Below are positions 1 through 11,600 of a DNA stretch of 64,000 nucleotides, in pieces. This DNA comes from Hydrolagus colliei. Taxonomy: Eukaryota. The position numbers were made by a program, and so were the translations under genes. Below the pieces are notes generated by a model that was not told the origin of the DNA, did no database searches, and saw only the letters and a program-made list of their open reading frames with translations. How positions within the stretch are numbered: position 1 is the first letter of the stretch; each line of letters begins with the position of its first letter. The stretch lies in assembly GCA_035084275.1 (NCBI GenBank), contig CM068750.1, positions 7,688,001-7,752,000 on the forward strand, written 5' to 3'.

Positions 1-109
1 AACTTTGTTTTTCCATTAGCAGCAACAACAATATAAATTTGTATTTATATAGCACCCATCACGCAGGGGTTTGTCCCGGATCGCTTAACCACCACGCATT
101 AGAAATCAT

Positions 110-260
110 TCTAATGGGACTCTGCTGTGTGCAATTAGCTGCCATGTTTCGCCCACATATATGCTGTCAGTTCACTTTACAGTATATTCTGTGAAGCGCT
201 TTGATACTTCTAGAAGACGTGAAAAGCGCTTTATCAAATGCAAAGATTATTATTATTATT
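110..260 (+). mobile_element. 3' half of the same SINE. Similar 3' fragments at about 4735-4825, 6150-6245, 7385-7515, 7575-7717, 13215-13340, 13855-13960(-), 50660-50810, 53105-53215, 57780-57900, 60885-60987
   Basis: gggactctgctgtgtgcaatt...cactttacagtatattctgtgaagcgctttga...aaagcgctttatcaaatgcaaagattattattatt. Confidence 0.85.
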
Positions 261-2969
261 CTTTAGTGCATTTTTAATGGAAAGGAAGGATATACCATTT
301 GGACAATTGAATCCTGAATCTGTATAACTTCTAACTCCTATGTTTATGCTTAACTCCCATATATGCTTCAACAAAGTGCATTTTAATCCAAAGGCCAGAT
401 GCTATTATTGGCATCAGACTTGACAGATGCATCTTCGTATTAGACAGTGGCAGTCTGCTGTAAAATGTATTTGTGTATCTAGTGCTCATCTCCAGTGTAA
501 GTATAACTGCTAGTCAGGAAGAAAGTGTTGAACGTTGGCCACAAATGATAAACAGATTTGACAGACACACACAGAAATTTGCAAATACAACTTCTGAAGA
601 CCTATAGAGTTATAAACAACGGACAGAATTTATCATTTAAAAGCAAACATCAAATGTAATGCCAAATAAGCAAAAGTGCCCATTCTCATTGCAAAACACT
701 CAGCCTAAATAACCTGCAGATATTATAAAACAGAAGAGAGGGAAAATTTCTGCAGTTATTAATGTAAATTGCATTTGAATAGAATGCCTTCCAGTCTAGT
801 GAAGTATATATATTTGGAAGCATAATTCATGAGCAAAGGCAATGTACTGCTGATTAACACAGATAAAGGATCCTGTTTGTAAGTCCTTTTAAAATTGAAG
901 AAATATTATTCACATATTTTGAGCAATTTAAGAGACACCATGTTTTGCATCACTATGACCAAACAGTAAATTAATGTTGCACTAAATAATTTCAGCCCAG
1001 TTTGTGAGTTAATCTGTTAAATTTGTCTGTGTATATTTGTGACACAGAGCTATTTCTGCTTTAAGTAAAGTTGGTCTAGGTTTCAGTATGGTTCATAATT
1101 CTGTATTTATTCGGATTCAAGAGAATAATATTTTCAACCATATTTTCCCAAGCACTTTTTAAACTCTACGTTTTACATAATAATATAATAATCCTTGCAA
1201 GGTATTACAGTATTTGGAGTAGGTTCTACAGAGAGGAGTTACGTTCAATTGCCAAAGTGCTGTTTTGTAAACTGCTTCTGGGGGGAAGGGGGAATCAAGC
1301 CTGAGCGAGTAGCAGAGCAACTCAGAGAGCAGATAACTCAGCAGCTGAAGCAATCAGAATAATGTTTAAAAGGAACATCGTTTTAGATCTGTTGAAATGT
1401 CTTGGTACTGCTCCACCGAAGGCCCGATAAATAAGGACACTATCTGGCACATAGAAAGTTGGTTTGGTGGCCTAAGCTGAGCTCCCTGATCTCAGCTGGA
1501 AATTTCCAATTGTTTCCATCGCCTCTTAGTATAATGGCGGGGTGTGGGGAGAGTGGGGGAGAGACAGCAATTCAACTCTTGACCGGTACCTATCCCCTGC
1601 TAGAAGATGAGTGGATGAGGACAGGATTGGGATATGTTGCAATAAAGAGCAGGATCATTCGGAATACGTATCTTATTGATTCTATCTCATTCAATTACAC
1701 ACAGAATTACATAGACTGCACACCACGGAACCATCCAACTTGCACAACTAGTCCGCGCCTGTAGTTATACTCCACATGAGCCTCCACCCATTTTAATCAC
1801 CTCTTCCCGTTCCCCTCTATTGCGGTCTCCTTCATTTATGCAGTCTGTATCCTGGCAACCCGAGCTATCGAATTATATTTGATTGATATGCATTGCGCTG
1901 TCCAATAATTATGTTTCACATTTAGAAAAATCATTGATTCTACTTTTAAGGAGAGCACTGTCAAGAACGTTAATTCTTTGAATTCAATCTTCACTTTAAA
2001 GTTGCTTTTCTCTACGTTTACAGAAAATCAGCTTCAAAATTAAGGCCATATTTTAAAAATTGTCAAATTCTGGATGCTATGAAATGCTAAGTAAAGAGAA
2101 AATCTAGACCCAGGTGGAATGCTTATCCATAAACTGGTATACAACCTTGAAGTTCTTTGGAAACCAAGTTTCCAAAACAACAAAACATGAAAATGTGATG
2201 ATTCGCGATTACAATCATACTGTCCGAAGGTCAGCAATCAGAATTTCAAAACATTTACTGAGCGCCAAAGAATTATTTTCACTCCATTATGCTGAAATGC
2301 TTAGGCCAACCTTCGTTTGAAAGCAACATTCAAATTCTCCTGTTGATTTATATGTTTAAATTGCACATGAAAGGCATCAACTAGAAAATGAAAGATTCAA
2401 TTATCTTCAAAGAAATGGAAAGCTCTGAGGAAATGTTGCAATTTTGTTACTTGTACTTTCAGGAGCCTAATCTAGATAATTAAATTCCTAACAATCTGAA
2501 AGATTGTTCTCTTGGGTACTGTACTTTAAAAGCCCTCCAGCTACAGTCATGACTGATAGTTATTTTGTGAAATGCTCCCAATGGAGGGATTGGTACACAG
2601 CTACTTTATTTGATTTCTTTTATTACAGTCGCCAAACGCCAATTTCAACATTACAATCAAATAGCTTCACAAATATTGGTTGTTGGCCATTTGGGCTTTC
2701 AATAAAATTCAATCAACTCTAAGACGTCTGCCACCTTTCAAATGTTCAAGTTCAGAAAAGTCTGGTGAGTTCCACTGAAAAGCAACAGAAATGTGAAACA
2801 CTACTACCAATAGTAATAAAATCACCCTTGCATTTGATACAGTGCCAATAACATCGACAAACTGTATCCCAAAGAAATTCACAGGATTTGATGTCAACTA
2901 TAGTGACCACTTCTCCTTCATCCACCTTCGTGGGATTTTATACCCCTGGTTCGAGTCCTACTAAAGCAA

Positions 2970-3290
2970 CATAAATAGCGCCTTATCATATCATTGAGAC
3001 TTCTCAAATTGTTTCACGGAATATATTGTAAAGTGAATTGGCTTTATATTTTGTGGGTGAAACATGACAGCCAATTAGCAAAATAGTGTGCCACAAACAG
3101 ATTGAGTGAACAATTTTTTTTAAAAAGGGATTATTACCCCTGGAAAAGCATCCGCCAATTGACTAACACACCAAGTTCAACTTACTGCTAGGTAAACAGA
3201 GCCATGTGGAGGAAGGAAACTTGCCCAAAGTTTCACCCTCCAAGGAATTGAACCCAGGCCTTCATACGTGCAAGGCGAGTGCTCTAAATT
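2970..3290 (-). mobile_element. Diverged SINE copy, same family
   Basis: atagcgccttatc...ggaaacttgcccaaagtttc...ttgaacccagg...gcaaggcgagtgctctaa. Confidence 0.75.
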
Positions 3291-3532
3291 GTAAATGTGT
3301 TAATTTTTCCATGCAAGGTATGACTTTCATTCTCCATATTTCCTTACTTATTTGTTCTGATAATTTTACTTTTTTTTAATAAGTCAGTTACAGTACTGAC
3401 TGTTGTAAAGTAGAACACTGGACTTTGTTTTTCATTCCTAAGCCAGTTTAATGTATTACAGTCAGCTCACATTATGTGGTTTCTCACCAGCTCTCACTAA
3501 CTAACTGCAAACACTGTTGCATCAAAGAAAAA

Positions 3533-3745
3533 AGCAAAACACTGCAGATGCTGGAAGTCTGAAGCAAAAACAGAAATCGCTGGGAACACTCAGTAGGTCA
3601 GGTAGCATCTATGGAGAAAGGAACGTGACAATGAAGGGTTGTGGACCTGAAACATTGATTTACTTTCTTTTCTCCACAGAATAGCATAGCACGCCTGACC
3701 TGTTGAGTATTCCCATCGATTTCTGTTTTTGACTCATTTGCATCT
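3533..3745. mobile_element. Palindromic Penelope-type terminal-repeat element
   Basis: 38-nt arms at 3565-3602 and 3694-3731 are reverse complements with 4 mismatches. A partial copy lies at 13631-13715. Family assignment is from recall of shark repeats. Confidence 0.65.
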
Positions 3746-4987
3746 GGCTGATGATCCTCATGTCACTTCTCAATAAGTCTTACCAGCCTAGAGAACATTT
3801 TCTGTGAATAATATTCAGCAAAAAAAATTCAGTTCAGCATCAAGATGTCACAATATTTGACTCTGGTTGCCTTTGTGTTAAAAGGTATTCATATGCATTC
3901 CAGACACAAGTCATTAATCCAATAAAAATCTCCTCTTGCTTTAAAAAGCTATTTTATTTTTGTGTGTAAATGGGAAACTGAATGTTTTCCGTCCACAGCT
4001 GGAGTCTGTTCTATAACTTAATGCATTATTTTGCATGCTAAATGTAGACAATTTCGAACAGACTGTCTCCAAGAGATTAATCTGCGTCTCCAGTAAGAAT
4101 AACTCAAAATACAACTTACACAAATGTAAAGTAAACACCGGTTTAAGATTTCTTTTTACGGTTAATTAAAACCTAAATTTAAAATGAGAAATTGCTGACA
4201 TAATAAAGTGTCCATAGCACCTTTACCTCATTTATAACACATCTAAACTTAGGAGATGCTTAGATCTTGACAGTAACCTTTGCTAAACGCCACGCTCTCG
4301 AAATGATTAAAAAATAAACCAAAATATAGAAAAACCTATAACTCTAATTACTAAATAATTCAGCATCATCAGCTCTTCGGAATGTTAATCCTGACCAAAA
4401 TTATATGGTCTAACACCTTGAAAGAGCCAGATACAACTTGTAGGTAAGTATGAATTTTTAACTGTTTTGGAAAGAAACCCAGACAACAGAATTCATTTGC
4501 TGACAATGATTTAAGATTGGAAATTATTATGATTACCTAGAGATATTTGGGATGATTAATGTAGCCGTTGATATTTAAAAACAAAACCTTGCTCCTTTCC
4601 TTTGATGCTCAGGGGTTTAAGGGACAGGGCAAATCATTTTATGCCACTTGCAACTTGGTTTCAGCAAATGGACATTTTATTTCTGGGCACTCAATCGTAA
4701 CCCTTCTCATTGATCCGATATGTTGAAAATTCAGTTATAAAATACACAGTCACTACACTTTATAGTAAGTCCTGTAAATACTTTTGAGACTTCCTCCAGA
4801 CATGAAAGGCAAGGATTATTATACAGTACCTACAACATATACTGTATACAGTATTTGGTTTTATCTTAACAATATGCCTTAACTCAACATCAGACCAGAA
4901 CCTACCCTTTGTATTGGATGTCTCTTGTCCACATAAACAATCCTCATGACTTTTGGAGCAACATTGGCAATTTTAATGCTAACTGTG

Positions 4988-5345
4988 ACATAAGAACATA
5001 AGAACATAAGAATTAGGAGCAGGAGTAGGCCATTCGGCCCTTCGAGCCTGCTCCGCCATTCAATAAGATCATGGCTGATCTTCTCACCTAACTCTGATTA
5101 CCTGCCCTATCCCCATATCCCGTGATCCCTCTATTTTTCAAAAATCTATCAGTCTCAGCCTTAAAAATGTTCAAGGACTGAGCATCTACAGCCTTCTGCG
5201 GTAGTGAATTCCATAAATTCACTACCCTCTGAGTGAAGAAATGTTTCCTCAACTCTGTTCTAAAAAGCTTACCCTTAATTTTAAGACTGGTTATAGACTC
5301 TCCTACCAGGGGAAACAGTCCCTCAGTGCCTACTTTATCAACGTG
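4988..5345 (-). mobile_element. CR1 LINE 3' end (ORF2 C-terminus, 3' UTR, 8-nt tail repeats)
   Basis: ORF 5088..5435 contains LKIKGKLFRTELRKHFFTQRVVNLWNSLPQKAVDAQSLNIFK, the CR1 ORF2 C-terminal motif. (ACATAAGA)x3 tail on plus at 4987-5011. Confidence 0.92.
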
Positions 5346-6623
5346 TTTTGTTTTCAAGATGGACATTACCCTAAATCGTTTTGTATAGCGTTTATAAAGC
5401 AAGCAGACAACACAAGCTTTAATTCCATCAATCAATTCAGATCCCAGAAATAAAAGAATAATGTGATAATGTTTTGAATCACTCAGTCGTCATTTGCTCC
5501 TAGCCATCCACTCATCCTGCAATAATGAGCAGATGGGATGTGCTGAGAGCCAGTGCACACAATGATAACGTTTTGGACATCCAACCTTGAAACAGTGACA
5601 AAAATGGCAATCCTGATCTGAAGACCAGGCGGTTTGGAACAAGTTTTCTGAAAATAATAAATTCTTTCTTCAACTGTATTGGTGCCTAGTTTGCATTGTA
5701 AATAGAGTATGGGCAATTATAACCAGACTCCCACTGAGGCTGCTACAGATTTGATTTGGACCAATGCAATAAGAACGCATCAAGCTTATTTTTTGGCCTG
5801 TAAATGAAATTACATGAATGTACGCAGAAAGATAAAAGCACATAATTACCAAGCACTCTTCACACTGTTATTCACTGAATTCAGTCAACAAAGCTCTTCA
5901 AGTACAATTACAGTATACTGGTGCATCTGCTTGGAAAAAACAAATGCTTGATTGAAAGCATATTTCTTCCACCCAGCTGAACAGAGGAGTTTGTCCAAGT
6001 AAGCACCCTTTGTTCCTGTTCCCAAAGCAGTAATGTTATGCCCTTCTGAGACATATCGCTTCAACTACATTTGCTCAGATTACTCACAAAAATTGTGCCA
6101 GAATTGGAACTAGCTAATCAAACATTAACTCATAGATTCACCCACCATAAATGCACAGTCACTCCACTTTAGAGTAAATCCTGTGAAGAGTTTTGAGATG
6201 CCCTCACCACGTCTAAGGCCCAATACAACATGCCAGGATTATTCATACTATTCAATAGATCAGATTAATTGATTAGGACGCTAAACGGTACAAGCATGTA
6301 ACCAATATTGAATAATAGCTAATAGCATTTGGTATGTCAATGTTGTTTCAGCTCACCTATAATCAACAACAACAACTTCAATTTATAGAACGCCCTCCAC
6401 GCCGGATGGTATCTCAGTAATGAACGGTAACGATAATCGCTAATGAACCAGCACATCTAAACACCTAGAATCTAATTATTTCACATACATATGAAGTTCA
6501 GAAGGAAAGTGAAGGATAAGCACATGTTCCTGATTTAAACACTCACCCGCACAGTCCACACACACATAATTTTCACTGCCCACCCAGTCTAGGTGCAACA
6601 AGAAGAATATTCCACTCCAAACA

Positions 6624-6962
6624 TAATAATCTTTGCATTTGATATAGCGCTTTTCATATCTTCTAGTCAACAACACCAAAATTACCTTGATGGAGTGTCT
6701 TTCACGTTTCAAAGTGCTTCATAGAATATACTGTAAAGCGACTTGACTGTATGTAGGTGCGCAAAACGTGGCAGACAATTGTGCACTGCAGTGTCCCAGA
6801 AACAGTTGTGGATTGAGTGACCAAATTATTATTGTTTATTTTTGGAGGGATTATTATTAGGCGTGTGGAGTAAGGAAATTTACCCAAGGTTTCGCGCTAT
6901 CTGGGATTGAACCCAGCTCTCTTGCTTACAAGACAAGTGCTCTAACCACTGAGCTACATGCT
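6624..6962 (-). mobile_element. Full-length tRNA-derived SINE, same family, with a short insertion near its tail
   Basis: Same head, core and tail; extra sequence at about 6668-6705. Confidence 0.88.
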
Positions 6963-9900
6963 ACTGAACAAGATGTGCTGACTTTTCACTTCCAACAAAA
7001 TACCATCATCCACTGAACCAAGAGAGGCAAAACTAATAGACGTGACTAAGCCAAAAAGCTCTTTGAATCAATCCATCCCCTTGTAAATGCTTGTGAAGCA
7101 AATTGCACAAATCCAGTAATCAAAAAATAGTTTTAGATTTTTCAAAAAAAAGACAGGATTCGCATCACATCCACAGTACAAATCAGGTCAAATATCATCA
7201 GAAATATAATGCTACTATTAGATACACCACTTCAAAGCAAACAATGTGTGAAGCAAGATTTAAATAACCCAAAATTTAGTGTGTTTGTTTCTATTGAATT
7301 AAAGGTCCATTCTCCCCTCATACTAATGCAATTGGAGCTTCAATTTATTGCGTTTCATTAGTGTGTTTCACATCCATGGGTTACTTTATGCATAAATTGC
7401 TTCCTGTGTTTGCCTACAAAAATACACAGTCGCTGCACTTAACAATGATTCCGAGCAAGCACTCTGAGGTGTTCTCATGACATGAAAGGTACGATATTAA
7501 AGGTAAGGATATTTTTTTACTATTATCTTAAAATCATAATGTTGAAATTTGTCAATGGCTCAAAGTACAGAGAATGACAACTGCTATGTGTCACATTTCG
7601 CCCACAATATACAGTATCGTCAATTCACTTTGCAGTGTATTATTTTACTGTGAAGCGCTTTGAGACATCTCAATTATGTGATAACGTACTATATCAAATC
7701 TAAGGATTATTATTATTATGACAGATTTGAAAACAATGAATCCATCAGCATTACTTATTTATATTACGTTATACAATGGTTGTGCTTTGTTTGGCAGGAT
7801 AATACATGTTTATTCATATGCTCACGTGATCACTGTTGACCATGAATTAAGAAGTTTTGCTCAAGGCTGCCAAAATGTAGCAAAATTGTTCAAATATGAT
7901 GTAAAGGTTGTAAACTAGAAACTAACCATCTCTTCAAAGTTGCGGCAATCCGTAAGTATCTGATTATCAGACCTCTGAGAAATGGAACTTCAAATGTAAA
8001 CATCACATCTTAGATACCTCTAACATGTCCAAGCTGAAAGAAAAATGTGCTTGTGTACTACAATTTTCAAAGGTAATTTATTATTTCAGGTGGTAACTTG
8101 ATGTGGCTAACATACATTCATCTACAGGTAGTTTGAAGTTTTAAATTGTCACTTATATTGGATGAGACCATTATCTTCAATAAAACACTGAGCATTCATT
8201 TTCTTTGGCTGATTTACCAAACTTTAATGAATCATCTGCAAGCCAGAAAGCCAACATTTACAGTGTTAATTAAAAGGGCTCAGTTGTTAGTCCAGTCATT
8301 GCTTTCAGCTGTTTCTATTTTACACAAATCTATTTGAAGTTTACACATGAGCGGCACTGAAACAAAACGTCAAACTTGTGTCATTTGACAGTTTTACAGA
8401 GACTTTTGGGATCAGTAAGAAACCCCAGTTGTTTGAACCAAGAGGTCTCTCATCCTCCAAATGTAACAATATGCAACGTACAGATGCAAAACAGCCTGTG
8501 TAGTTATGAGCTCGTCTCACGACACATTACATCCTGATACCAAATGGCTATGAGAATAAGTACAAATATAGATTATTGGAGGTTGTCCAGAAGATGATAG
8601 TTCCCTACGATGCTAGAATCTTGGACTATCGAGCCAAGAGTTGCAACTAGCCGCAGAAGAGCAATGCAGGTTTGAAAATATAGACTGGAAAAGCACATAA
8701 ACCTTAGCTGAAAGGAACATTAGACAGGTTAGTAAACGAGCCAAGAAAATGAACGCTCAGTCTTTTATTGAAGTCAATGATCTCACCCAATATAAATGAC
8801 AATAAGAATATAGTGGGTTCTATTTAGTTGGTGAGACAACAGGGCTTAATGGACTGAATGGCCTTTCTTCCTCCACATCTGATTACACGCATTAGTTAGC
8901 AGCCACCATCATGTTTTGTACTACATCAACCATTACTGTTTATCCGGGTTCTTTCATTACAAACGACTCCAAGCAAACTTTAATCTATTATGCACAATAT
9001 GTGCTCTGCATTCAAATGTAATTCAGAAGCCAGAAATATACCTAGCTAGGAAATTACAATGGAAACGGGACAGAATGAATAAAGGCTGGAATAACAACAA
9101 AAATAGTGTTTGTGTTTGGGCCATTACAGTATTTGGACAACCGTGTTTTATTATTGTACCAGTTTCCTCCGCAACATTGCTTATTTATCTTTGGTATTTA
9201 TGAAGGCAAATACACATCTCCTCGAGTGAGTCAATCTGAAAATTAATAGAAGAGGGTGATTGCACCAGTTGGCTGATACGTTTTATATCACCAGGAGGAG
9301 AGCATGTTTGGTGTTCTTAAGTATATCTACTTGCCGGATTTCGGTCTGTAGCTAAAGATAACCACAGTCCAGTCTCCTGTTGTTTTTTCAATGCACTGAG
9401 TCATGCCTCTTGGCACAAGACCTCTGGGCTTTCTGTCGTGAGCACAGGATACAGAAGTGAGCAAAGGTATAATCAGAGGCTACTGTAAAAACATCAATAC
9501 AGAATGTTAATGGAGCAAGTTTTTGGGTTGGCGAGGAATCTGACACTGAAGAGAGAATGGGGCCAGTGATATGCAGGTACAGGCTTTTGCAAAACAGTCA
9601 GCCACAGAGGAGGCAGCATGTAAAAGGGGTCTTTGTGAGACGAAGGCTGGAAACTCTACGAGAGGGAAATGACTGTTTTCCAGGAGAGAACGTCCAATGC
9701 TCACAGTACAATGATGTCACTGTAATACTGAATGAAAGGTAAATAGAGCCAAGAGTAAATCTTTCAAATCACCAGCGCTAAATTAAGCTGATCTCTAAGT
9801 TCAGCCAGAATGTAAAGCTATAAAATAATGCAATTTATGCAGCGCTTCTCCATTTTATACTTGTTTTTTTTTTTCATCATTTTTTTAAAGAAGAATAATC

Positions 9901-11409
9901 GTTGATTTTTATGAGATACTATTAAATGTTGGACTTTGCAGCTTGCTACATTCAGATTGATTGTTCACATGAAAATAAATCAAAGTGAAAGTCAAAAATG
10001 AAAATATACTTTACACATTAAAAGGTTTTTTTCCTTTGGTCAGCTGGGTGTCTGACACAAGCGGAAACCATCATCATGGCTAAACAGTATCCAAACCAAA
10101 CTGAGAATTACATTAAAGTTTTGATTCACGTTTGTGCTGTGTGGTCTGTGTTCAGCTTCATTCCACAACTTTAACAGGTGAATCAAGTCATTGATACATC
10201 AGACTTATTTTCCTCCTAGCTTTTGTTTCACTTATTGCAGGTGGAAAATCCTCTTTGAGGATTCAAAATTTCTTCAGTTAATTTACAAGAGATTGCGGGG
10301 GGGGGGGGGGGGAGAAATATATGTACAGATGCATTTCTTCCTTTGAAAGAGAACTGATTCCTAAGCCTACTACAGAAGTAAGGTAGGAAATCTGTTACAG
10401 AAAATATTGATCCTAACTTGAGAGGATTAGAAGAAAACACTCTGCAAAGTGTTTGAAATTATAGATTTGGACACTATTTAAAGTTTGACTGAAATGCATT
10501 ACCTCATCACAGACTGCCTTGCAAGGCATCTGCAATGAATGAACCATCTGCTCCAGTGTTTGCTATCTTGTCGAGACAGTCAGCCGCGGCATCTTTGGGA
10601 CACTTCCCGTTCATGCCTGAAACCTCGACACAACAGTGGGAAAGTCGAACTTTCTTTAAACCCTCAATTCATGAACAGGAGTTATCTCCAGCAAGAATGA
10701 AAGGCAGAACAAGACTCAAAGAAAGAGGGAAACTATTACTCTGTGACCCATGCAAGATCTAGAACGTTATGGGCCTGTAGCATAGCACCTTTGTAATCTA
10801 TTTAACTCATCTAAACAAATCTACTAATGCTCAATTTAGTGATACAGTACCTACAAATGTCAGACTTCCCTTATTTTTCGAGTTTATTGAACTGAATTTG
10901 ATTGATATTTTTAGCTTTCCAAGCACAGTCTTGTTTTCACTGTCACTGGAAAATGTGGATCCGCATTTATTTCCATTTTTACAGCTATCCTCAATTGAAA
11001 TCCATGGCCTACGCTATGCAAATTGATTACTTTGTCAGCAGTATAAAACAACTCTTTTTTAATCCCATTTTTCATCTTGAAATTAGGTCTAACACAAGCG
11101 TACACCAAAGTGTGTACAGTACAGGTATCCTGTCCCAACCATGGCCTTGCCAACCACGAAACTCATGCATCCACGGTTTGCTAAATGCGACAACCCTCGT
11201 AAACCGCGTTTTGCGCATCCGGGATTTAAATCTGCGGGTTTAAATTTTCAAGTTTAACATAGCGTACAGTACTAGGACCCAGTTTCTATGTCGCAATCAA
11301 CCAGCGAGATGTCGCTTCTCTTTTAGGATTAAGGAAATCTCCGTTGATTTATTTCTCTCTCTCTCTATCTCTCTGTGTCTGCAGATCCTGGCAGCCATGC
11401 TCCCAAACT

Positions 11410-11600
11410 TACTCCCCCTGTCAGCATGTCACACACCACACCACCTACTGCATACCCCAACCCCCTCACCCTTCGTGTCATCCATCCCCCCACCCTCAGT
11501 GTTACCCAGCCCCCACCCTCAGTGTCACCCACCACCCTCCATGTCACCCACCCCACCCCTCTCCGTATCACCCACCTACCCCCCACCCTCCGTGTTCACC
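11410..11600. repeat. Degenerate C-rich minisatellite, unit about 20-26 bp (CCCCACCCTCMGTGTYACCCA)
   Basis: At least 6 imperfect units visible; explains the Pro/His/Thr-rich ORFs in several frames here. Confidence 0.8.

Noticed and set aside
9557-9742. Plus-strand ATG ORF ending at AAG|gtaaat (a similar case at 37344-37510 ending AG|gtaggt)
   Set aside because: No downstream plus-strand exons found to join, and the peptides are unrecognisable. Compatible with chance.
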